Shown piece after piece: positions 46,888-55,822 of a stretch of 64,000 bases of DNA. Below the pieces are notes generated by a model. That model made no database searches. It saw only the letters and a program-made list of their open reading frames with translations, and was not told where the DNA came from. This DNA comes from an uncultured bacterium. Lineage in GTDB: Bacteria > Planctomycetota > UBA1135 > GCA-002686595. The DNA lies in the NCBI GenBank assembly GCA_943787795.1, contig CALSNU010000004.1:96001-160000 (forward strand). The letters run 5' to 3'. Position numbers and translations under genes: made by a program. Positions within the stretch are counted from its first letter, which is position 1. Every line of letters starts with the position of its first letter.

Positions 46888-47933
46888 GGGACCCTCCGGG
46901 CGACGGTGGCCCCGGCGATCGACGCCAGCAGCAGCAGCGCGAGCGCGGGCCCCAGGAGGAGCGGGTAGAGGTCGTAGCGCTCGGCGAATCGCTCCTCCGA
47001 GCGCGGCGTCCGCTCCAGCTCCTCGATGGCCGCGTAGGCCGCTTCGAGCTCCTCGCGATTCTCGGCGTGGAAGAACAGCCCCCCGGTCAGCTCGGCGATC
47101 CTGGGGAGTTCGCCCACGTCAGCCTGGACCCGCCGCGCCCCTCCGAAGGGCATCTGGACCAGCTGAACCCGAGGTCCTGCGTAGACGGTGTAGACACGAA
47201 TCCCGAGCTCGGACGCCACCTCCGCGGCCTCCATCGGCTCGATGACGTGGATCGTCTCCTCGCCATCGGTGAGGAGCACCGCCACCCGCGAGCGAGCCTC
47301 ACTCTGGCTCAAGACCTCGCATGCCTGAGCCAGGGCGCTCCCGATGGCCGTGCCGTCGAGGCGCTGCTCGGTCTCGATGTCAGTCTCATCCAGCACAGCC
47401 GTCAGCGCATCCACGTCGAGGGTGAACGGGACCAGCAGGTCCGCGAAGCCCGCGAAGCCAAAGAGCCCGACGCTGTCGCGCGCGCCCTCCTCGTCGGTCA
47501 TCCGCCGCCGAGCAAAGTCCGCGATGACCTCGGTGACGATGTCGAAGCGACGCGGCGCCCCCGGGCGTGCTCGCTGATCCATCGAGCTCGAGCGGTCGAG
47601 CAGCAGCGCGATGTCAATGCCCTCGGTCTCGCGCGCCATGGACACTCGCCCCTCGAGCGGCCGGCTGAGCGCGACAGCCAGCAGCGAGACCGCGGCGATC
47701 CGGAGAGCGGTGGGGAGCCAGGCGAGGCTCCCACGGGTCCCCCCAGGCGCAGGCCCCAGGGCGGGTACGTGGGCGCCGACCTGGCGCCTGGCCTCGCGGC
47801 CACGCCAGAGGAGGAACGCCGCGACCGGGATGATCACGAGGAACCAGGGATCGGCGAAGGTGACCCCCCCGATCTCGAGGCGCCCAGTCGCTGTGCTGCG
47901 GGTGGCCTCCTGCAGGGCGAGCACGGGGATCAT
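46884..47933 (-). CDS. BatA-like vWA domain membrane protein
   Basis: FADPWFL N-terminus, ALSRP, EGIDI..DRSSSM, PFTLD, DGTAIG, LLTDG and IAELTGG motifs. Confidence 0.9.
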   Translation of the reverse strand: MIPVLALQEATRSTATGRLEIGGVTFADPWFLVIIPVAAFLLWRGREARRQVGAHVPALGPAPGGTRGSLAWLPTALRIAAVSLLAVALSRPLEGRVSMARETEGIDIALLLDRSSSMDQRARPGAPRRFDIVTEVIADFARRRMTDEEGARDSVGLFGFAGFADLLVPFTLDVDALTAVLDETDIETEQRLDGTAIGSALAQACEVLSQSEARSRVAVLLTDGEETIHVIEPMEAAEVASELGIRVYTVYAGPRVQLVQMPFGGARRVQADVGELPRIAELTGGLFFHAENREELEAAYAAIEELERTPRSEERFAERYDLYPLLLGPALALLLLASIAGATVARRVP

Positions 47934-48832
47934 GCTGTGCCTCCGGCCTTCTCGGAACCGGCGCCGCCCAGGGCGCGGATGTGATCCACCGCCTGCCCCA
48001 CGGCCTCGCGGGCCGCGAACGAGCTCGGCTGGGCGCCTCCGAAGCGGACCCGGCCAAGCTCCTCGATCAGCGCCGTGAGCTCTGCGCTCTGCTCAGGTGA
48101 GACCCCGGGCGCGCCTTCGAGCGAAGCCGCCCACTCGCCATCTGTGAGGCTCGCGAGGTCCTCGCCCCTCGCCTCGTCCACGGCACGGCGGAGGAGTGGC
48201 CCCAGCGCTCCCATGGCCGCCGCCGGGTCAGCGCCAGGATCGAGGGCCTCGATCCGTTCTATCAGGCGGGGCTCGCGGTCCACCGGAGCCTCCGCGACGC
48301 TCCGGCCGCGGCGAACGCGAGCTGCCAGGGGAAAGCCAGCCGCGAGCAGCAGCAGGGCCGCCGCCACGAGGACGAGGTCGGCGTCCCCTCCCTCCGGCTC
48401 CTCGACATCCCGGAAGCCCACGAGCGGCCGCGGCGCGTCCTCGGCCTCGCTCAACGCCCCCGCGAGTTCGATGCGCGCGGGCGCAGCGGCAATGGGCTCT
48501 TCATCCCCGATCTGAAACCGGACCTCCGGCGTCTCGAGCTCGCCAGCCTCCAGGCCCATCAGCTGCCAGCGCAGCACGAGGCCAGGACGGGACGCCGCCG
48601 CGAGGTCACTATCGACCACCGGCGTCGGGCCCCCGAGGATCACCCACTCCGGTCCAAGATCGGGGGGCCCCGCGAGGACGGCGTCCCTGGAATCACGACC
48701 GCTCAGGCTGACCGTCCACTCCAGGGGCTGCCCCGTGGCCGCGGAGGCTCCAGGAGCGGGCTCGAGCCTCGTGGAGACCTCCAGGGCCTGGGCGAAGCCG
48801 CAGAGGACGGTGGACAGGACGAGGGTGATCAT
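47930..48832 (-). CDS. Bat-cluster membrane protein (DUF4381-like position)
   Basis: Signal peptide, Ig-like domain, single TM and a helical tail (SLTDGE..VRFGG). Overlaps both neighbours by 4 nt. Confidence 0.7.
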   Translation of the reverse strand: MITLVLSTVLCGFAQALEVSTRLEPAPGASAATGQPLEWTVSLSGRDSRDAVLAGPPDLGPEWVILGGPTPVVDSDLAAASRPGLVLRWQLMGLEAGELETPEVRFQIGDEEPIAAAPARIELAGALSEAEDAPRPLVGFRDVEEPEGGDADLVLVAAALLLLAAGFPLAARVRRGRSVAEAPVDREPRLIERIEALDPGADPAAAMGALGPLLRRAVDEARGEDLASLTDGEWAASLEGAPGVSPEQSAELTALIEELGRVRFGGAQPSSFAAREAVGQAVDHIRALGGAGSEKAGGTA

Positions 48833-49821
48833 GCTCCGCCACCGCTCCTGCGCGGCCCCCGCGCCTGAGCTCGCCTACGGAAGAAACGCACCAGCGGCGC
48901 CGCGAAATCGCCGTCCGTTCGGACGTCAATCCACTCGGCGCGGGCCCGTCGGAAGGCAGCCCCCAGGGCATCGCGGCGCGCCCTGGCGTGCTGGCTCCAC
49001 GCCTCGCGCTCCACTGCCCGGCGACCGTCGACCTCCGCGACCTCGCCATCCTCCATGCGCACGAGGCGCAGCAGGCCAGTCGCCGGGAGCTCCTCCTCCA
49101 GTCGATCCACGAGGCGAACGCAGATAACGTCGTGCGTCCGAGAGAGCCTCGCCAGGGTCTCGACCCACTCCTTACTGCCGCCCTCGTTGCCGTCGAGATC
49201 CACGCTGGAGAAGTCGCTAAGCACGAAGACCATGGCGCGCCGCCGCAGGGTCGACTCCTGCGCCTTCAGCACCGCGTGGAGGCTCGAGTGACCCGGCGTC
49301 ACCGGCGCCGCTTGGATCTCCCGCACGAGGCGGAGAATGTGCCGCGACTGGCGCCCTGGCCCGAGGTGAGCCCCCGGCTCCGCTCCGAACAGCGTCAGGC
49401 CCACCCGGTCCTGGTGCCGGACCGCGACGAAGGCGATGAGCGCTGCCAGCTGAGCCGCGGCGTCGCGCTTGGTCTCCCCGAAGGTCGCGAAGTCCATGGG
49501 GAGCGCCGTGTCCACGAGCAGGTGGAGGGTGAGCTGGCGCTCCTCGCGGTAGGACTTCACGAAGGGCTCACCCGTGCGAGCCGTCACGTTCCAGTCGATC
49601 GCGCGGACCTCGTCGCCCGGTTGATACGGGCGCACCTCCTCGAACTCCACGCCCTGTCCCCGGAAGGTGCTGCGGTACCCTCCCGCGAGGGCCGTGTTCA
49701 TCAGCCGATGCGTCCGGATCTGAATCTGCCGCACCCGCGCCATCAGCGCGGGGGACAACAGGGGCGCGCCTCCGACCTCGTCAGCGCCGCCGCTCGCCGT
49801 ACTTCCCGTGAGCCAGCCCAA
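48829..49821 (-). CDS. DUF58 domain protein
   Basis: YRSTFRGQGVEFEEVRPYQPGDEVRAIDWNVTAR..FVKSYREER motif. Confidence 0.95.
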   Translation of the reverse strand: MGWLTGSTASGGADEVGGAPLLSPALMARVRQIQIRTHRLMNTALAGGYRSTFRGQGVEFEEVRPYQPGDEVRAIDWNVTARTGEPFVKSYREERQLTLHLLVDTALPMDFATFGETKRDAAAQLAALIAFVAVRHQDRVGLTLFGAEPGAHLGPGRQSRHILRLVREIQAAPVTPGHSSLHAVLKAQESTLRRRAMVFVLSDFSSVDLDGNEGGSKEWVETLARLSRTHDVICVRLVDRLEEELPATGLLRLVRMEDGEVAEVDGRRAVEREAWSQHARARRDALGAAFRRARAEWIDVRTDGDFAAPLVRFFRRRAQARGPRRSGGGA

Positions 49822-49831
49822 GCCTCAATCC

Positions 49832-50839
49832 CTAGCGGTCGAGCGGGACGCGCTCGAGCACCCTGGTCACGATCTCGTCCGTGGAAATCCCCTCCGCCTC
49901 GGCCTCGTATGTCGGCAGGATCCGGTGGCGGAGCACCTCGTGCGCGACGGCCTTGACGTCCTCGGGGGTTCCGTACGCGCGCCCGGCCATGAAGGCCGAG
50001 GCGCGCGTCATGAGCGCGAGCCAGATGGAAGCTCGGGGCGAGCCGCCGCACTGAATCAGGGGCTCCAGCTCGGCCATCTTGTGGGCGGCCGGGGCCCGTG
50101 TGGCCTCGACGATCGACACGATGTAAGAGGCCAGCGCCGGAGCGATGGAGACCTGGTCCACGAGCTTGCGGGACGCGAGGATGTCGTCCGTAGAGACCAC
50201 CTCGGACACCGGTTCGGGCGGCGAGGTGCGCGCCATCATGTCGAGGATCTCAAGCTCCTCCTCGCGGCTGGGATACTCGAGGTGGACCTTCAGCGCAAAG
50301 CGGTCCAGCTGAGCCTCGGGGAGCGGGTAGGTCCCCTCCTGCTCGAGGGGGTTCTGGGTGGCGAGCACGAGGAACGGTCGCGGCAGCTCGAAGGTCTGGC
50401 CGCCGATGGAGACGGTGCGCTCCTGCATGCCCTCGAGCAGCGCGGACTGCACCTTGGCCGGCGCGCGGTTGATCTCGTCAGCCAGGACGAAGTTGGCGAA
50501 GATGGGCCCCTTTCGGACGGTGAAGTTCCCGTCCTTGACGCTGTAGATCTCCGTGCCGACGAGGTCCGACGGCAGGAGGTCCGGCGTGAACTGGAGCCTG
50601 GCGAAGGAGCCCTTGACGCCCTTCGCCATGGCCGCCACAGCGAGGGACTTGGCGAGGCCGGGGACCCCCTCGAGGAGGATGTGGCCGCCCGCGAGCAGCC
50701 CAAGGACGAGGCTCCGGGTGAGCTTCTTCTGGCCCACCAGCACCGCGCCCATCGCCCCGGTCAGCTCCGTGGTCCAGGCGCTCGTGCGCTCGATCTGAGC
50801 TTCGATGGCAGAGTTCGAAGAGAGGTTCGTGTCGGTCAC
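49832..50839 (-). CDS. moxR: MoxR-family AAA+ ATPase (MRP subfamily)
   Basis: HILLEGVPGLAKS, QFTPDLLPSD, LADEINRAPAKVQSALLE and ATQNPLEQEGTYPLPEAQLDRF motifs. Confidence 0.97.
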   Translation of the reverse strand: MTDTNLSSNSAIEAQIERTSAWTTELTGAMGAVLVGQKKLTRSLVLGLLAGGHILLEGVPGLAKSLAVAAMAKGVKGSFARLQFTPDLLPSDLVGTEIYSVKDGNFTVRKGPIFANFVLADEINRAPAKVQSALLEGMQERTVSIGGQTFELPRPFLVLATQNPLEQEGTYPLPEAQLDRFALKVHLEYPSREEELEILDMMARTSPPEPVSEVVSTDDILASRKLVDQVSIAPALASYIVSIVEATRAPAAHKMAELEPLIQCGGSPRASIWLALMTRASAFMAGRAYGTPEDVKAVAHEVLRHRILPTYEAEAEGISTDEIVTRVLERVPLDR

Positions 50840-50967
50840 GGCTGCAAGGTTGGGTCAGTGGGGCGAGCGGGCCCCGCGGGGGCGGCGGCCCCGGGCGGCG
50901 TCGCTATGCGGCGGCTCATGCTACGGAATCAATCGGCCCGTGTTAGCGGCTCCGTGTCTGGTCCGCG

Positions 50968-51636
50968 TCAAAGGGTGCCCCGCTCCTCGAGTGCCTCCTG
51001 AGCCAGCAGCACCTCCCGCGCGTAGGCGAGCGCGCCGGTGGTCGAACGGCCCTCCCCCCGCGCGTCCTCCTCGGACTTCACCCAGGCCTCGTACGTACCG
51101 TGGTCCTCGATCCAGCCAAAGAGCCGCGCCCGCCCGGCGTTGTAGGAGACAAGAACCGCCTCAAGCGTCCACTCTCCCTGGTGATCCAGGAGCCAGCGCA
51201 GGTGCGCCGCGCCGAGACGGATGTTCAGCTCCTCATCCTCGAGCAGCGCCCGCTCGAGGGCCGCAGGGTCCTCCGACAGCGTCACATCCAGCCGGCGGGC
51301 TGCGTCCCGTGCGGCGGCGGGCATGAGCTGGAGTAGACCCAGCGCACCCGCGGTGGACTTCTGGCCACTCCGGCCCCGGCTCTCGGAGAACATCAGCGCC
51401 CCGAGGAGCAGCGGCGGCACACCCGACTCGGCGGACGCCGCGCGGATCGAAGCGGAGCGCGCCTCGACGTTGTCCAGCCCGCGCTCGTCGTTGATCTCCC
51501 TGAGCGGGCCAAGGAGGCGCTCGAACGAATCCGGCACATGCCCCCCATGAACCACTCGCAGAGCGCCAGCGGCCACGGGCACGCCGACCACGGCGATCAA
51601 GATGAACAGCCCACCGAGGATGGCGTCTCGATTCAT
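50968..51636 (-). CDS. Lytic transglycosylase (SLT domain), membrane-anchored
   Basis: Catalytic ES (MFSESRG), GALGLLQLMP, NIRLGAAHL and SYNAG motifs. N-terminal TM from ATG 51636. Confidence 0.92.
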   Translation of the reverse strand: MNRDAILGGLFILIAVVGVPVAAGALRVVHGGHVPDSFERLLGPLREINDERGLDNVEARSASIRAASAESGVPPLLLGALMFSESRGRSGQKSTAGALGLLQLMPAAARDAARRLDVTLSEDPAALERALLEDEELNIRLGAAHLRWLLDHQGEWTLEAVLVSYNAGRARLFGWIEDHGTYEAWVKSEEDARGEGRSTTGALAYAREVLLAQEALEERGTL

Positions 51637-51664
51637 CCCGGGGAGGTCCGCGTCGCCGCGTCCC

Positions 51665-54600
51665 TCAACGACTCCCTTCAGGATCCAGATCGCCACCGAC
51701 CCCGGGGGCCTCCCCAGAGGTGTCCCCAGAGGTGTCTTCAGCAGCGGGCCCAGCAGCGGGCGCCGGAGCAGGTCCTGCAGCGGGCGCCGGAGCGACAATC
51801 TCCCGGGTGCTGGTCACCCAGACATCGACGGCGTTGAGGCCCAAGGGAAGCGGCTCGAGAAGCTCGCCGTGCAGCCGCTCAAGCTCGCGGCGCGCGCGCT
51901 CCGCGAGCAGTCGATCCGGCAGCTCAGCGATCAACGAGAGCAGGAAGAGCCGCGCCTCCTTGGTCCCGCCGAGATCGAACTCCGCCCTGGGCGGGTAGCC
52001 GATGTTTCGCCGCTCCAGGGCCGCGAGGAACCAGGAGAACGGGTCCCTGCGATCCACCTCATCCCACCACTGGAACCAGCTCTCTGCGGGGAGCCCGTCA
52101 CTGCGGTAGTCCACGCAGGTCAGGATGACGAGCTCCTCGCCGGCCCGAACGTCATCAGGGTCCTCGGCGAGCGTCCGCGCGAGGACGTTGACCGCCCGCG
52201 GTTCGAGCTGACGCGCGAGCAGCAGGGCCGCCTCGCGGCGGAGCGTGGAGTCCGGCGAGCGCATGGCGCTGAAGACCTCGTCGGAGGCCAGCGCCCCCAG
52301 CTGCAGGAGTCCCGTGCGAGCCTGGGCTCGGATCGACGGCCGCGAGCTACCGCGCAAGAGCGAGACCAGCAGCGGCGCCGCCTCCACGTCGCCGATGGTC
52401 GCGAGCCCTTCGGCCGCCGGCAGGTGGTAGCGCTCGTCCGGGGAGGTGATCCCGCGAACCAGCGCGTCGATCGCGCCGGGGCCGCCGATACGCCCGATGG
52501 AGCGCAGGGCCGCGGTCCGGATCATCGGGATCTCTGATTCGGTGAGCGCCAACACCCGCCCCTGGGCGGCTTCCGCCTTGCGGGCACCCAGGGCCAGGAT
52601 GGCGGCGACCTGGACGTCAGGATCCCGGTCTCCGAGGAGCCCGACGAGGAGGTCGAGGTCCTGCTCTTCCTCTCCCTCACCCAGCGCGCCCGCTGCGGCG
52701 ACACGAAGGAGACCGCGCCGGTCCACAGCAGCGACCAGGACCGCCTCGCGCCCCTGCTCTGCCAGGAGCCTCCTGATGGCCGGCAGGGCCGAGGGTCCGA
52801 ACCTGTCGTGGAGCGTCGCGATGATCTGCGTGGTCACCTCCGCCGAGAGCTCGTCCGCGCCGGAGGCGGCGGCAGTCCTGAGGAGGTCGACCAGGGAGCG
52901 CGACCGGTTGTTGAAGCGCGGCTCGTCGACCAGGAGGTCGAGCATCGGCGGGATGTCGTCCGCGACCAGGACATCGCCTGAAGCGGAGATCCGAACGAGT
53001 TCAGCGAGCCCCTCATCCCGGTCGTCCGGCTGCACCGAGAGCAGGTGACGCAGGACCAGCGACTTCAGGCGGGCGGTGCGCTCCGACGGCTCCCGCGCGG
53101 CGGCCCACCAGTCGACCTCCTCGAGGAAGAGCGAGGGGGCGTCCGCATGCTCGCCTGCGACCGGGAAGTGCTGCCAGCTGTTCTGCTCTCTCAGCCCCTC
53201 GAGCCGGACGAGGGTCCGGTCGAACCAGGCGGAGCTGCGACCCACTCCGAAGCGGAAGCTCTTGCTCCCGCTGCTCGTGGCGACACGGAGCTGCCTGCCC
53301 TCGGTGCCGATGGCTCCGCGCGGGCCGGGCAGTAGCTCGGCGCTGAAGACACCCTCCTCCCGAAGGAGCGTGCAGAGCTCAGTGGACTGGGGGGCCGTGA
53401 GGAAGCTCACCTCGCCGAGCCGCGCGAGGGCGGGGTAGCCGGGCTCCTCCCCCGCATCGAGCACCATCCACTCGGGGTCGGACGCGAGAGCGCGGCCGGC
53501 GAGGATGTAGCGCGAACCGGTGCCGAGATCCTCGAAGGTGACCACGATGCGCTGCTCTTCTTCGGCCGAGACCTCGATCACCGAGCGAGAGGCGCGGAAG
53601 CCGATCTTGCCCTCGCTCCACCAGCGGGCCCAGGCCGGCCCGTTGCTCCCGTGGCTCACGCCGGTGATCCGACGCAATCGGCGCAGGGCAGGGTCTCGGA
53701 CGACCTCGAAGCCGTCGAAGAAGGTGAACCCCGCGGCGACCCCCACCAGCACCGAGGGAACGGAGACGTCCAGCCACCGAGTGGCCTCGCTCCTCGGGCT
53801 ACGGAAGCCGATGCCGGCCAGGGCCACTGCGCAGGACGCCTGGACCAGGGGGAGTGGGCTCTGAAGCCCGCGCACCAGGGGGGCCGTGTGCTGGGGTCCG
53901 AGGATCGCCCGGGCCTGCCGGTCTTCGCGTTCCGTGATGGCGATGAGGAGCATCGCCTCACGCCGAAGGATCTCGCCACGCTCCATGGCCCGCCGCAGCA
54001 ACTCGAAGTCGATCTCGTCGCCCTGCCGGCCGCGCAGGGCGCGAACCGCGATGGCGGCCACACCGGAGCTCCGGTCGCTCACACGGTCCACCAGGAGCCG
54101 GTTCACTTCTGGGCCCTCCAATCCAGCGAGCAGCTCCGTGGCGGCCCGACGCACGTCCGATCGGCGGTCCGTCAGCGCAGGCCCCAGGAGGCCGGCGTTC
54201 TTGCTGTCCAGCTTCGGTCTCAGCTCGCGCTTCGCGGTTCGGCGGAGAGGGCCGCTGTCGTGTCGAAGCAGCTTCGCGAGGAGCTCCGTGTTCCCTCGCA
54301 CGGGGTCGTTGGCCACGAGGAACTCGAGGGTGGGCGGCGCCGAGAGCCCGGGCATCTTGCCCTGCAGAAGTCGCACCACGTCGTCACCGTCGCTGGCGCT
54401 CCCCGCCTGGATGAGCGCGCGTCCGCCGGCATACGCCAGGACATCCCTGTTCTCCCGGAGGGCGAAGCGAGCCACCTCGACGCCGTCGGCGCCGAGCCGC
54501 GCGAGGCGGTCCGCCGCCTCGGCCACGGCGGGATCCCCCACCCTCGGGGCCGCGAGGAGCTGCTCGTAGAGGAAACGCGCTGAGTTCCTGGTTGACGGAA

Positions 54601-55039
54601 AGCCCACCGGCACCGGGACCGAGGACAGCGGCGTTACGGCCGGCGCAGGGATCCCGAGCGGGGCGGTCGCCTCGGGGGGGGCGGCGACCCCGGGCAAGCT
54701 GAGGGGCGGCTGGTCCCTCCGGCCTTCGCTGGGGATGCTCAGGGAACCGCGCCTCGACTGAGCTCCGACCGGGACGTTGACGCTCCGTGTGGTCACCTGG
54801 CCACCCTCGATCGGGCGGCCCTCAGCGTCCACGAGGGCCTTGACCTTGACCTTCTCTCCGGTGGAGGGGCCGGAGACATCCCCTCCCAGGTTGCTGGTCA
54901 CAGGCCGGCCGATCTTGCCGCTGCCCTGCTGAGCCCTGCTGGAGCGCTTGGAGGGGAGGTCGAGCTGGGGCGCGGCCCAGAGAACGCTCGGCGTCCCTAG
55001 AAAGAGCGTGAGGAGAAGCAGGTGGCGCGTCATGGGCAT
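51665..55039 (-). CDS. Large secreted HEAT/PBS-lyase repeat protein
   Basis: Signal peptide and two arrays of HEAT-like repeats (ALTDRRSDVRRAATELL, LLGDRDPDVQVAAILALG). LRRITG..G..WARWW capping motifs. Confidence 0.85.
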   Translation of the reverse strand: MPMTRHLLLLTLFLGTPSVLWAAPQLDLPSKRSSRAQQGSGKIGRPVTSNLGGDVSGPSTGEKVKVKALVDAEGRPIEGGQVTTRSVNVPVGAQSRRGSLSIPSEGRRDQPPLSLPGVAAPPEATAPLGIPAPAVTPLSSVPVPVGFPSTRNSARFLYEQLLAAPRVGDPAVAEAADRLARLGADGVEVARFALRENRDVLAYAGGRALIQAGSASDGDDVVRLLQGKMPGLSAPPTLEFLVANDPVRGNTELLAKLLRHDSGPLRRTAKRELRPKLDSKNAGLLGPALTDRRSDVRRAATELLAGLEGPEVNRLLVDRVSDRSSGVAAIAVRALRGRQGDEIDFELLRRAMERGEILRREAMLLIAITEREDRQARAILGPQHTAPLVRGLQSPLPLVQASCAVALAGIGFRSPRSEATRWLDVSVPSVLVGVAAGFTFFDGFEVVRDPALRRLRRITGVSHGSNGPAWARWWSEGKIGFRASRSVIEVSAEEEQRIVVTFEDLGTGSRYILAGRALASDPEWMVLDAGEEPGYPALARLGEVSFLTAPQSTELCTLLREEGVFSAELLPGPRGAIGTEGRQLRVATSSGSKSFRFGVGRSSAWFDRTLVRLEGLREQNSWQHFPVAGEHADAPSLFLEEVDWWAAAREPSERTARLKSLVLRHLLSVQPDDRDEGLAELVRISASGDVLVADDIPPMLDLLVDEPRFNNRSRSLVDLLRTAAASGADELSAEVTTQIIATLHDRFGPSALPAIRRLLAEQGREAVLVAAVDRRGLLRVAAAGALGEGEEEQDLDLLVGLLGDRDPDVQVAAILALGARKAEAAQGRVLALTESEIPMIRTAALRSIGRIGGPGAIDALVRGITSPDERYHLPAAEGLATIGDVEAAPLLVSLLRGSSRPSIRAQARTGLLQLGALASDEVFSAMRSPDSTLRREAALLLARQLEPRAVNVLARTLAEDPDDVRAGEELVILTCVDYRSDGLPAESWFQWWDEVDRRDPFSWFLAALERRNIGYPPRAEFDLGGTKEARLFLLSLIAELPDRLLAERARRELERLHGELLEPLPLGLNAVDVWVTSTREIVAPAPAAGPAPAPAAGPAAEDTSGDTSGEAPGVGGDLDPEGSR

Positions 55040-55135
55040 AGGCAGAGGGGGCCTCGATGGATCCGGTACCCCGCTGAAGGGGCAGAGGATACACCCGAAT
55101 CGGGGGGCCCGACGGGAACGGGAGCGGGATCGGGG

Positions 55136-55813
55136 TCAACGCCCGTGCAGGCCACACCAGGGGCGGCAAGAGGGCCCATGCCCCTCCTCGCGCTCCCGAT
55201 ACGCTGAGCTCCTCAACCAGGCGATCAGATTGCGACGCCTCCCCCGAAGGATGGGATCCACCCGGTGTCGCTGCCGCCCCGCGTGGAGCACCGCCAGACC
55301 GGGCTGGTGCTCGATCTCGATCACCTCCGAGTCCGCCACCGGCGTCTGCCGGTGCACGTCGCAGCGGGCGCCGAGCAGCACCAGCTCCGCGCCGGAGAAC
55401 TCCTCGCCAAGGCAGAGGTTCAAGGTCACCTCGCTGTCGTCCACGTGGAACCCGAGGTCCTCGTCGAGCTCCCGTCCGTACTCGACCAGGTAGCTGTGGT
55501 GGTGATCGATCTCGCCGCCACCCTGGAGGGGGAAGTGGGCCGTGATGAGCGGCGACAGGTGACGGCTGAGCTGGTCGACGAGGCCGTCCAGGCCGATGCT
55601 GCCCAGCATGACCCCATGGTCATGCATGGAGCTCGGCGGGCGCTGGGCAGCGAGGGAGCGACGCCGCTCCTCGATCTCCGCCAGCACGGCCTCGCAGGAC
55701 GAGGGGGTCAGCAGCGGCACCAGCAGCACCCCCGGGGCCAGCACGACCTCCTCACCCGAGACGACTTCCGTCGCGCTCAGCTCGAACTCCTCGAATCCTC
55801 CAGGGCTCTGCAC
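55136..55813 (-). CDS. 2OG-Fe(II) dioxygenase, OGFOD2/ICU11-like
   Basis: HxD in LGFHVDDSEVTLNLCLG, distal His in LHAGRQRH and 2OG-binding Arg in GRRRNLIAW. Confidence 0.88.
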   Translation of the reverse strand: MQSPGGFEEFELSATEVVSGEEVVLAPGVLLVPLLTPSSCEAVLAEIEERRRSLAAQRPPSSMHDHGVMLGSIGLDGLVDQLSRHLSPLITAHFPLQGGGEIDHHHSYLVEYGRELDEDLGFHVDDSEVTLNLCLGEEFSGAELVLLGARCDVHRQTPVADSEVIEIEHQPGLAVLHAGRQRHRVDPILRGRRRNLIAWLRSSAYREREEGHGPSCRPWCGLHGR

Positions 55814-55822
55814 GGCGTACCC

